From the IMG/VR virus record IMGVR_UViG_3300047476_000792, positions 1 through 64,000 of that record: a stretch of 64,000 nt of DNA. The stretch is one strand, 5' to 3'. Of the stretch, positions 9,542 to 18,369 are shown piece by piece. Numbering within the stretch: position 1 is the first letter of the stretch; every line of letters begins with the position of its first letter. The notes beneath the pieces were generated by a model. It was not told the origin of the DNA. It made no database searches and saw only the letters and a program-made list of their open reading frames with translations. Both the position numbers and the translations under genes were made by a program. The stretch is from a virus.

Positions 9542-9895
9542 TTATGTTAATCTCTTTCCGGTATTAGGCTCTACCGCAACCGCTCTATCGTCCCAAAATT
9601 CATACATTGCAGAATATTTTATACAAGTAACTTCAAGTTCTTGGCCTAAGTGTTTCTTACACCACATTTTAATAGCTTGCTCTGCTTCAACTTGTTCATT
9701 TATAGGATGATCTGGTGCGACTCTTGCAGTGAAAATCTTAACGAGCTTGCCCTCAGATAACCACTTCTTAACACGTTCCACCATTTCAGGAATAGGTTCC
9801 CCTAATGTAGAAGGGGAAACCCATTTTTCATATGTAGCAAGAGTTTTATCAAAATCTACACCTATATATCCCTTTTGTTTATATCTTCTCGCCAT
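9542..9895 (-). CDS. HAD-superfamily phosphatase
   Basis: DFDKTL, IFTAR, K..., WDDRAV. Confidence 0.85.
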   Translation of the reverse strand: MARRYKQKGYIGVDFDKTLATYEKWVSPSTLGEPIPEMVERVKKWLSEGKLVKIFTARVAPDHPINEQVEAEQAIKMWCKKHLGQELEVTCIKYSAMYEFWDDRAVAVEPNTGKRLT

Positions 9896-9896
9896 T

Positions 9897-10007
9897 TTAT
9901 TTCATCAACTCATCTATCAACTCATCTATCAACTCTAAAATTATTTCAACTATATACCACATACAGAATGCTACAACTGCAATGGATATATAATTGATAA
10001 TATTCAT
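9897..10007 (-). CDS. 36-aa membrane peptide with 12-nt tandem repeat (ELID repeats), not in ORF track
   Basis: MNIINYISIAVVAFCMWYIVEIILELIDELIDELMK*; fills the gap between flanking genes. Confidence 0.55.
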   Translation of the reverse strand: MNIINYISIAVVAFCMWYIVEIILELIDELIDELMK

Positions 10008-10255
10008 AAAACTTCGACATTCTTCTCATCAGTTATATCGAATATATAACAATCAAAGTCACGCGAATCTAGTATTTGACCGACTATATATTCTGCCATG
10101 TCCATGTACGAAATTCCATCTGGAAAATCGTCCACACTCCAACCAAAACAATTCTTCTCATTTGAGAGAATACTTGCAACAGCTTCAACTTCATTCTCTG
10201 CCGTTATTATTCGGCACCAGTTATCAGTCAAATCAAATAAAAAATATTTTCTCAT
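10004..10255 (-). CDS. hypothetical protein
   Basis: Acidic 83-aa ORF in operon. Confidence 0.6.
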   Translation of the reverse strand: MRKYFLFDLTDNWCRIITAENEVEAVASILSNEKNCFGWSVDDFPDGISYMDMAEYIVGQILDSRDFDCYIFDITDEKNVEVL

Positions 10256-10258
10256 AAA

Positions 10259-10717
10259 TTAGAAGTATTCCTTTACAGTATTTTCGAAAATCTTCACTAG
10301 TTGTGGTGACATATTAAATCTCTCCGCATTTATCTCGATAGATTTTCTGATGTTACCGTTTTTATTCCGCGAAGTTGCAGCTTTCCAATCTGCCAGCATT
10401 TCTAACAAATCCACTAAATTCATATCATCTATTCCGTTTTTATGAAATTCTGGATGATGTCGATTGTTGGCATAGTGGTGGTCAATTGCAGGTTTGACTC
10501 GTTCTAATAATTTCTTATATTCATCAGAACCATACTCTACCTTTGCAAGTTCTTCGTGGGTTTCCCCGAAAATCTCTTGCTCTGGTGATTCCAGTTTAGA
10601 CTGGTCGTGCTCTCTTGCTCGTTTATCTAACTCAGAGATAAACTTGTAAATATTTCCCCTAACAACATGGATATGCTTAATAGTATCCATGTTACTTTTT
10701 ATCACTCCATCATTCAT
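10259..10717 (-). CDS. HD-domain protein (DUF5662-like)
   Basis: HDQSK, HHYANNRHHPE, EMLADW. Confidence 0.8.
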   Translation of the reverse strand: MNDGVIKSNMDTIKHIHVVRGNIYKFISELDKRAREHDQSKLESPEQEIFGETHEELAKVEYGSDEYKKLLERVKPAIDHHYANNRHHPEFHKNGIDDMNLVDLLEMLADWKAATSRNKNGNIRKSIEINAERFNMSPQLVKIFENTVKEYF

Positions 10718-10720
10718 AAA

Positions 10721-12739
10721 TTATAGATATTCTTTAGTTTCCTTGGTATTGATTACAAGACCATCATACTCAAAACTATCAGATTTCTCTACATCAGAGA
10801 ACCATGAATTGGTAATAATAAGGAAGAACTTCATTGATGAAACTTTCTGAGAAAGTAGGTCAACGGTATCTTCAATACCTTCGAGAGTCTTCTGACAGTA
10901 TTCGACAAACGTCTCAGTGCCAAGGGATTTGAGCATCTCATTATATTTCTCGAAAAGAGGCCAACAAATATTATCACCAACATTAGGCTTGCCTTTCTTT
11001 TCAAACTTTTCATATGACTTGCTCGCAGAAATAGTTGCAGCGCCTTTTAGCTGTGCAGTAAGTTCCAAGAAAGGAACAAAGTCTGCATTCTCATCCTTTG
11101 GTTTATATTCTGATTTCGGCTTAAATCTCATCAACGAATCAAGCCCCATTTCATCAAGAAGTTTTGCACCTTCTTCTCCATAATTCTGGACACGAAGATC
11201 GACAAGATTCTTCTGCTTAGAATTAGCCTTAATATAGAAACGGAGAACACTCGCATGTGCTTTTTCTGCAATAAGAGTTTTATAGACAGATGCAAAATCT
11301 TTAATACTGACAGTTTTTTGATTTTCATCAAAAAGATCAATCGCTTCAGCAGGTTTGATAGTATAACCTCCTCCATTTGAGGGGTCGTCAAATTCTAAAC
11401 TAATAGTATCATAGTTGAAATCACCATTAGCAACAAACATATAATTTCTAAAGGTAGGCGCTTCGATAGGGAATGTAATTGGATTTGTTGCAGTTTTATT
11501 ATAATCTTCTACCCTCTGTGCAAGGTCCAAATCATTAATACCTTCAAGGTTTCCATTACGAACCGTTAGGAATGAAATATTCGCACGGTCTTCATTTCCG
11601 GTAATACCTACAATCTTTGCATGGGTATCAATAGTTTTGAACACTACCTTACTAGCATCGGTTCCTGCGCGTGTAACGGCTTTGTATGGGGAATATGCGA
11701 GGTTAATAGCGACCTTCCCAAGATTATCCTTAATGGATTTTACAAAGGATTCGAGAGAAACCGTATTTCCAACTTCAGATTTAGTAATCACACCGCCCAC
11801 AAGCGCAAGATCTTTAAGTTTATTTTCGGCATTACCTTTCTGAGCAACTGTAAAAGATTTCTGAAGCATCTTAGAATTAGGAAGATCGCCCGCAGTTCTA
11901 AGAACCTTCACACCAAGACTTGCCTTAGTTTTCTGACTAAGAATATATGCAAGAGAGTAGACAAATTTACCATCAGTGAGTTGTTCAGCCGGAAGATTAT
12001 CAAGTTCATCATAATCAATCGCAAAAAGTTCACCTTCTTTGTCAGTCTCTTGAACTTCTACAGTCTTATCCTTGCGAACAAGTGGAATAATTTCTGAATC
12101 CGTGACTTGCCAAATAACATCGTAGCACTTCTCAAGCTGAACAACTTTGGTAGTTTTCTTAGACTTGACTAAAGTTTCACCACTCTGTTTAAGTTGGGTA
12201 TAATCTGAAATATGATTGAAAACACCGTTGAGGGATTCGGTCATATCAAGCAGAAGACGACGGTTATAGTTACTTCCATAACCTACCACCGTCTTAGAGG
12301 AGAACTTAGTAGAAAGAGCCTTACAAAGTTTCAGAGTATCGGATTCGTTATTGTAATGATTTGCATAACCATCGCTAAGGAAATAAAATACAGAATTCGT
12401 GTTTCCTGATGTAAGTTTAACATCATCGAAAATACGAGTGTTTAATTCTCCAAGAGAATCATTAAAATTAGTCATTCCTCGGGAAGAAATCTTAGTATTG
12501 ACAAGTGCAAGGATATTTTGGGACTTTTTAAGTCCCCTTACAAAGAAGTCGAAGTCATTATGACTTGAGAAAGTTGCAACCGTAATTGTGTCGGTTTCGT
12601 GCATGTTTTCTACGACTGCTTTAACCGTTTCCTTTAAAGCCGAAACCGAGTTCCAAATGGAACCACTATTGTCAATTAGGAGGAAATAATCTGTCGATTT
12701 TACTGATGCTTCTGAGTTTTTTGGAATATTAATTTTCAT
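10721..12739 (-). CDS. von Willebrand factor A domain protein
   Basis: MIDAS LLIDNSGS, GMTNF, FLSDG, VGYG. Confidence 0.8.
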   Translation of the reverse strand: MKINIPKNSEASVKSTDYFLLIDNSGSIWNSVSALKETVKAVVENMHETDTITVATFSSHNDFDFFVRGLKKSQNILALVNTKISSRGMTNFNDSLGELNTRIFDDVKLTSGNTNSVFYFLSDGYANHYNNESDTLKLCKALSTKFSSKTVVGYGSNYNRRLLLDMTESLNGVFNHISDYTQLKQSGETLVKSKKTTKVVQLEKCYDVIWQVTDSEIIPLVRKDKTVEVQETDKEGELFAIDYDELDNLPAEQLTDGKFVYSLAYILSQKTKASLGVKVLRTAGDLPNSKMLQKSFTVAQKGNAENKLKDLALVGGVITKSEVGNTVSLESFVKSIKDNLGKVAINLAYSPYKAVTRAGTDASKVVFKTIDTHAKIVGITGNEDRANISFLTVRNGNLEGINDLDLAQRVEDYNKTATNPITFPIEAPTFRNYMFVANGDFNYDTISLEFDDPSNGGGYTIKPAEAIDLFDENQKTVSIKDFASVYKTLIAEKAHASVLRFYIKANSKQKNLVDLRVQNYGEEGAKLLDEMGLDSLMRFKPKSEYKPKDENADFVPFLELTAQLKGAATISASKSYEKFEKKGKPNVGDNICWPLFEKYNEMLKSLGTETFVEYCQKTLEGIEDTVDLLSQKVSSMKFFLIITNSWFSDVEKSDSFEYDGLVINTKETKEYL

Positions 12740-12783
12740 ATAAATGAGGCTTTAATATAGCACACTTGTTAGGCATTGTCCAG

Positions 12784-13017
12784 TCAATTTTTCAACAAAA
12801 AACTCTCCTGTAAACTAGCAATGACCAAACTTTCGACATTTTTAGTATCATACGAATCTACTTCAAATAATCTAAACTCTCTACCAATTCGCATCAATCT
12901 TTCTTGGAATAAACTATCCTCCCATTTCGGAGTTTTGAACTTTTCTGAAAAATTACTATTATGGTGTGCTATGCGTTTTGCACAATGTTTAATATACTCT
13001 CTTCCTAAATCATTCAT
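12784..13017 (-). CDS. hypothetical protein
   Basis: ORF in operon. Confidence 0.55.
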   Translation of the reverse strand: MNDLGREYIKHCAKRIAHHNSNFSEKFKTPKWEDSLFQERLMRIGREFRLFEVDSYDTKNVESLVIASLQESFLLKN

Positions 13018-13018
13018 C

Positions 13019-13288
13019 CTAAGTATTCAAATTCTCCGCTGTCAATTTCCAACATTCCGCCTTCAACTTTAAATAAATTAATAGAACATCTTCATCAGAT
13101 TCTCTATGGGATCTTTCACTAATACACTCCGCACAAGCATATATGATAGAATCTGTATATTCTTCTGTATCAAGATATAAAGAATCTCTTGACATCCATG
13201 ACATAACAGCGGGCTCGGAAATATCATATTCATCAAGAATACGTTTTATTTCGGGAAGTGTTTGAATTCTTCGAGCGAGCATAATCAA
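13019..13288 (-). CDS. hypothetical protein
   Basis: ORF in operon. Confidence 0.6.
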   Translation of the reverse strand: MIMLARRIQTLPEIKRILDEYDISEPAVMSWMSRDSLYLDTEEYTDSIIYACAECISERSHRESDEDVLLIYLKLKAECWKLTAENLNT

Positions 13289-13691
13289 TAAATCAATTTT
13301 TTATCGGTCATAACCTCTTCTAATTCACGACACATTTCTTGAATTTGTTTGTTCTTAGAATCTAGATATAACCGTAATCCGCCAAATTTTATTTTGATCT
13401 GTAATATTTTAAAATTAGGATCAATTTCCTTGACATACTCCAAAAATTGATCAAGAACAGTATACCAAACACTCGGCGTAGGATTTCCTAATCCCCCCAC
13501 CCATACCATTTTTCAGGAACACAGTCTTTCCATTTTTCTTTAGCTTCTTTGTATAGCCTTTCCTGCTCCTCCAAAGTCTTATCCATATCAGTAGATTTTC
13601 CTGTCCGAAAATCATAAGGATTTACATCCTCAGGATAATAGGAATCGGGTGCTAATTTAAATGTTTTGATCAATTCTTGTGCTTTGTTCAT
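13285..13691 (-). pseudogene. probable single gene of the QIKxKFGGLR phage family split by a frameshift at a G6 run
   Basis: ORFs 13488-13691 and 13285-13509 overlap at TGGGGGGATTAG; one extra G joins ...EKWYGWG to GLGNPTPSVW...QIKIKFGGLRLY. Confidence 0.55.
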
Positions 13692-13692
13692 A

Positions 13693-14169
13693 TTATTCTG
13701 CTATTACAATACTATACCGTAAATGTTTCACGGGATCAACCCAATGTACTGCATCATACGGAAAATCTATATATTGGCCCGATTTATCATAGAGTTTTTC
13801 TATTCCCCCATTAATTTCACACACTAAACCATCACAATCACTATCCGTCAATGTAATTAAATGAAGTTTCCTAATTGAATATGCATCACGATGGGGAGCG
13901 ATGAAATCAGTAGGTTCATATCGCTGAACCTGTATAAAATCATACATATATTTCAAATCAGGATCAAAATCGGCATCAGCAAAAACAGCATCCTTCATCT
14001 CCTGTGTCATATCGCAACATTTTAAAGTTGTAAACCTTGAACAAACACCGGGAATTAATGATTCGTGCGCATCATCGCCTTCACGGGGTTTGAATAAATG
14101 TAAATGGTTATTAATATGTTCCATAATCTCTGGAACATTTCTAATGAAATTTGGAATCGTTTTGATCAT
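13693..14169 (-). CDS. 2OG-Fe(II) oxygenase
   Basis: QRY...IAPHRD, distal H (AVHWV) and RYS; start moved to ATG 14169. Confidence 0.8.
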   Translation of the reverse strand: MIKTIPNFIRNVPEIMEHINNHLHLFKPREGDDAHESLIPGVCSRFTTLKCCDMTQEMKDAVFADADFDPDLKYMYDFIQVQRYEPTDFIAPHRDAYSIRKLHLITLTDSDCDGLVCEINGGIEKLYDKSGQYIDFPYDAVHWVDPVKHLRYSIVIAE

Positions 14170-14557
14170 AACTATGTTTAATATGTAATAATAGTCTAAA
14201 CTCTCGGTCACATAGAGGAAACCAGAAAGAATTTTGCAACTCTTTTTTACCAATGATAAAAGTCTCATCTTCTAACATCTGCTCGAACAATTGAGAAATA
14301 CGTTCGCGTAACAATTTTTTATCATATCGCTCTTCACGAAAACCTACATCTCTTAAAATACTGGTTATAGATTCTAAAAAATCAGGAGAAATTAATTTAT
14401 CATTAAATTCAAAGGTTATTCTATCGTCCTCAAACCGATTGATAATGCCTGCTAGATCATTCTTAATAAAGTTAAAGATTTTCCTCTCGAAGGGATCAGA
14501 TTTTATTGCTTCTGTTGCGCCTATTCCACTTCTCCACAGTTCTTCGGCATAATTCAT
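14141..14557 (-). CDS. hypothetical protein
   Basis: 138-aa ORF in operon. Confidence 0.6.
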   Translation of the reverse strand: MNYAEELWRSGIGATEAIKSDPFERKIFNFIKNDLAGIINRFEDDRITFEFNDKLISPDFLESITSILRDVGFREERYDKKLLRERISQLFEQMLEDETFIIGKKELQNSFWFPLCDREFRLLLHIKHSYDQNDSKFH

Positions 14558-15057
14558 TTTGTTGTCCAGTCTATAACCTTTATATCGCCTTCATTCTTAT
14601 TCACAAGAATAGCAGAAAGGGCGAATCCTGATTGTGGAAATTCTTTAGGAGTATCCACATATAATAATTCTCTAACATAAAATCCCATCTGTCTAATGTC
14701 TCTCATTCGTGCTTTTAGTGCCAGAACATGATTAACCGTCACCAATGTAACAATATTATCAGAGATTTCCATCGAATGTTTCATGAAATCCCGATGCAAA
14801 GACCAAGGGAAATTAGATATAATCCAATCCACCTTTTCGTGATAATCAAAAAAATCTCGTCCTTCATCAATCTCACACCAATCGGGATTTATACCATATT
14901 TCTCAAATGCTCTCACGAATGCACCAGTTCCTTTGCACGGATCAAGACACTTTTTACCAAAAGGATTGAAGTGACCTACGATTCTTTCCGCAAGATCGTC
15001 AGGCGTGTATACTCGATCATTAGTTTTACTATCAGTAGGTATTAAAGACTTTCCCAT
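14554..15057 (-). CDS. small amino-type (N6-A/N4-C) DNA methyltransferase
   Basis: VYTP, LDPCKGTGAF (motif I), ISNFPW (NPPY-like motif IV). Confidence 0.8.
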   Translation of the reverse strand: MGKSLIPTDSKTNDRVYTPDDLAERIVGHFNPFGKKCLDPCKGTGAFVRAFEKYGINPDWCEIDEGRDFFDYHEKVDWIISNFPWSLHRDFMKHSMEISDNIVTLVTVNHVLALKARMRDIRQMGFYVRELLYVDTPKEFPQSGFALSAILVNKNEGDIKVIDWTTK

Positions 15058-15392
15058 AATTCTTTATTTTCATTTTTATTACCAATCAATTCGTATGAAG
15101 AATCGGGATAAAATATAACCGGAAAATATATACACTTATGGAGATATTCTTTTCCAACCCCCTTTATACGCACCAAATCATTTATATATAATAAATTATC
15201 ACTATTATCCCGTTGACCAATTGAATACTCTATCTCGTATTGTTCCGAAACATCTTTAGGATTCATCCAACAGCCATGAACGGTAATATCTACCTCAAAA
15301 GGTTTCCCATTATGATCAACCCAAACATAAGTTTCCCATTCCCCCTGTTTAAAATATTTATTATTTTTCTTATCCCAAACTCTATATTTCAT
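15042..15392 (-). CDS. YopX family protein
   Basis: KYRVWDK start, GQRD..LYINDLV, ELIGNKNEN end. Confidence 0.75.
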   Translation of the reverse strand: MKYRVWDKKNNKYFKQGEWETYVWVDHNGKPFEVDITVHGCWMNPKDVSEQYEIEYSIGQRDNSDNLLYINDLVRIKGVGKEYLHKCIYFPVIFYPDSSYELIGNKNENKELWESL

Positions 15393-15919
15393 AACTTCTT
15401 AACATTCTTTGCTTCAATTTCAAATAATTCATCAGTTAAATATATTGTCCATGCACTCTTGAGTGTAAGATTATTTAAATTTTCACTAAGTTTTAGTATA
15501 ACATGCGATCCTGCACTTTTAAAGGATGGACTTTCACCTTCATTATAGTAAGAATAATACCAACCATTTATTCTTGTTCCTGTTTGGACGGTCCTCTTTT
15601 CAACTACCTTATAAGTTTTACCTACTAATGACAAGTCTTTCTCTGTATAAATATTCCTATTATTTCCTCCCCATCCTAGATCTTGTAGTTTATAGCGGGC
15701 AATTGCGGTAACGATTTTATCATAGAGGATATTATATTCTTTTCCATGACCATTAATACCCATTCCATCCAAAAGATTATCTATATTCTTTACATCATCC
15801 TTTGTCATATGATTTCGGATGACCAGTTCTGTATTAAGTGGATATCCACATCTTAAAAATTTCTCAGGATTAGTAATCTCTACAATATCACCAACTCTTA
15901 TAATATTTCTTTTACTCAT
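15389..15919 (-). CDS. hypothetical protein
   Basis: 176-aa ORF in operon. Confidence 0.65.
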   Translation of the reverse strand: MSKRNIIRVGDIVEITNPEKFLRCGYPLNTELVIRNHMTKDDVKNIDNLLDGMGINGHGKEYNILYDKIVTAIARYKLQDLGWGGNNRNIYTEKDLSLVGKTYKVVEKRTVQTGTRINGWYYSYYNEGESPSFKSAGSHVILKLSENLNNLTLKSAWTIYLTDELFEIEAKNVKKL

Positions 15920-15921
15920 AA

Positions 15922-17220
15922 TTAATCGAAATAGAAGTGTAAAAATTCGTTAACGCCTTCCTCCCCGACGACCAAACACGACTGTCTCGGACGTGATCTA
16001 TATCCTGAATTATCAGAATGTCTACAACCACCGACTAGTGTTGAGAACATATACATTTCGACATTAGTCAGTTCAGCACTCTCCATATGGTGTTGATCAC
16101 CTGAACAGTAGTATAACCGCTTCGCATTTCTCATTTGCTCTGGTTTTGCCATAAAGAGGCTGTTTAAATAATTCTCTCTTCCTGCTCCAGGGGCGGGTAA
16201 TCTACTTCTGGAAGTAGGAGCATATCCGTGATCAAGTAAGAATAAATTCGATCCTATTTCGAAAGTTAAAAATCTTTTGGATGTTATTTCGAACGTAAGT
16301 CTCTTATCGTCTTTAAAATAAATCGAAAGCATTTTAAGAAGGAAATAATCACCAAAACTTGAATGATTTCCAGGTACAGCAACGATACGAATATTACCTA
16401 TGACACTTAGTAGTGTTTGTATAAAGCATAAGACAGAATTGTATGCTTCCTCTAATTGGTCCTCTTTTAAGGGATGGGCTTCTAACTTAGTACCTTTATC
16501 AGTAAAACCATCAAGCCCGTGAAGGATGTCCCCTAAAAATGCAAGTGTTACTCGTTTGTAGGGATGTCCTCGTTCAACGATATGAGATACTAATTTTTCT
16601 GCATATCTTTCGACTGATTCCTTAGTTTTCTCTATATTCCATTCTTTTTGGTTATACAAGTATCGTTCACTTGCTACTAAACCATAGTGCCAATCAGAAC
16701 AACCAATTACCAATTCCTTATCACCAGTCGGTTTGTATTCAACCTTTGTCGGAACGTATTTAGGAGGATTCCAACTTTTTAAAGTATTATCAAATACCTC
16801 TTTATAATTATGATTGAAAAGTCTCCAATTCTCTGCATCCGCAATAGTCTGTTTCCAATCTCGTCTTTCAAACTTTTGCTCAATGTTTGCCCTTTTTTCA
16901 AGGAGCAAATCTGATACCAAACTCTCTGGCTCAGACTCCTTAATTTTTTCATCAGTATAAGGAATAGAACTATGATTAATTCCTAGCTTTCTAATTACAT
17001 ATTCGATAACCTTTTTGGGCGTGCTTGTTCGTTGTGCAATCTCGCCCGCAGTAAATGGTGCTTTATCGAAATTAGAATAAAGTTTTAAAATTGTATCTAT
17101 TTTTGATTCGTCTAAGACATAATTTCTTCCTACTAATTCTTCAGTATGAAAAACATATTTCCGATCAGTGTAGTTAAATGTATAACCGCTATCTTTGAGT
17201 GTTTCTTTTGTTGAACTCAT
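15922..17220 (-). CDS. metallophosphoesterase with N-terminal HTH-like region
   Basis: SDWHYG, LGDILHG, PGNH, DHG, GDQHH; start moved to ATG 17220 (8 nt after TAAGTA). Confidence 0.8.
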   Translation of the reverse strand: MSSTKETLKDSGYTFNYTDRKYVFHTEELVGRNYVLDESKIDTILKLYSNFDKAPFTAGEIAQRTSTPKKVIEYVIRKLGINHSSIPYTDEKIKESEPESLVSDLLLEKRANIEQKFERRDWKQTIADAENWRLFNHNYKEVFDNTLKSWNPPKYVPTKVEYKPTGDKELVIGCSDWHYGLVASERYLYNQKEWNIEKTKESVERYAEKLVSHIVERGHPYKRVTLAFLGDILHGLDGFTDKGTKLEAHPLKEDQLEEAYNSVLCFIQTLLSVIGNIRIVAVPGNHSSFGDYFLLKMLSIYFKDDKRLTFEITSKRFLTFEIGSNLFLLDHGYAPTSRSRLPAPGAGRENYLNSLFMAKPEQMRNAKRLYYCSGDQHHMESAELTNVEMYMFSTLVGGCRHSDNSGYRSRPRQSCLVVGEEGVNEFLHFYFD

Positions 17221-17264
17221 GTGTGTTGTACTTAACATACAACACACATGATATCAATAGCAAG

Positions 17265-17966
17265 TTAAAAAACTCCTGGACCTTCTAAATTGTTTTCTAC
17301 AGAAGGGCTGACTAAACCTCTAGTATCTCTACCAAAGTGTTGTTTCAATAATCTAAACACTTCTACAATATTTTGATCATTAACATCTGCAATATTTATG
17401 TTCATACTGGGTGAGCCGTATAACAGCGCATTTATAATTATACGCACCCAATATACTCGCTTGCCGTTATCCAGACGTTCTTCTTCAGGAAGAGAATTAA
17501 AATATTTAATTTTATCTTTTATAGACTTTCCTTTGATTTTAGGCTGTTCTGTCCATTTACTAGCAAGTCCTTCATATTTATCCATCACCCATTCGACAAA
17601 GCCTAAAATAGGTAAAATCTTTTTAGTCTTTTCGAAATAATCTGCAATCATTTCAAATGGTATCTCTCTTTTATCTACACGAAGTTTGAGATTATGAACA
17701 TCTTTAGAATCTTTATTGAAATATAATGCACGAATAGCCAATTTAGCAAGTTCCATCTCCTCTGGGAATACAGGCTTTTCTGGCATGGTAGGCATTGGTT
17801 CTTCTATATCCCCGGAGAGATCGTCAGGATTATCCCCAGGAGAGTCCATAGGCCCAGCAGAAGACTCTTCAGGCGAGCCAGTTTGTTCTTCATCATCTGT
17901 AGGAGGTTTTGGTGGACCTGCCTCTATGATAAGATTATATATATATTTGTCGAATTCTGAGATCAT
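17265..17966 (-). CDS. hypothetical protein, candidate internal head protein
   Basis: N-term MISEFDKYIYNLIIE-A followed by an acidic Pro-rich linker. Confidence 0.65.
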   Translation of the reverse strand: MISEFDKYIYNLIIEAGPPKPPTDDEEQTGSPEESSAGPMDSPGDNPDDLSGDIEEPMPTMPEKPVFPEEMELAKLAIRALYFNKDSKDVHNLKLRVDKREIPFEMIADYFEKTKKILPILGFVEWVMDKYEGLASKWTEQPKIKGKSIKDKIKYFNSLPEEERLDNGKRVYWVRIIINALLYGSPSMNINIADVNDQNIVEVFRLLKQHFGRDTRGLVSPSVENNLEGPGVF

Positions 17967-17967
17967 A

Positions 17968-18369
17968 TTATTGTTGTGGAGATGCTAATAATTGTGCAAC
18001 CGTTGTCCATGCCTTCGGATCTTTGATAGATTGTTCAAGATTTTTAAAATTTTTAGGATCTGCCATATGTTGCCTAAATCCTTCTATATTGTTAGGGTCG
18101 GATTGAAATAACTCGAATGCAGTCGGATCATTTAAAATAGCCCCGTAATCGAGAGGTTGACTAGAAGTTCCAGTAGGAGTTTTGGATGCGGTCGGTCCTT
18201 TAGAGAATTGCATTTGCACACCTCCTGCGACCTTTTTAGGTGCCGTAGAAGATGAATTTGCTGAAGGTGAAGTTCCTGCACCTCCTCGTTGAGAGAGGCC
18301 CCCTTGTCCCATATTGCCCAATCCTTCTTGGAATATCTTCTTAATAAATGCATCAAACTTAGTTGTCAT
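17968..18369 (-). CDS. nested in-frame gene (133 aa) with its own late promoter
   Basis: Perfect TATAAATA at 18382-18375, 5 nt before in-frame ATG 18369; product starts MTTKFDAFIKKIFQE-G. Confidence 0.65.
   Translation of the reverse strand: MTTKFDAFIKKIFQEGLGNMGQGGLSQRGGAGTSPSANSSSTAPKKVAGGVQMQFSKGPTASKTPTGTSSQPLDYGAILNDPTAFELFQSDPNNIEGFRQHMADPKNFKNLEQSIKDPKAWTTVAQLLASPQQ

Noticed and set aside
9902-9936. 12-nt tandem repeat as a regulatory or iteron element
   Set aside because: Explained as in-frame ELID repeats of the 36-aa ORF 10007-9897
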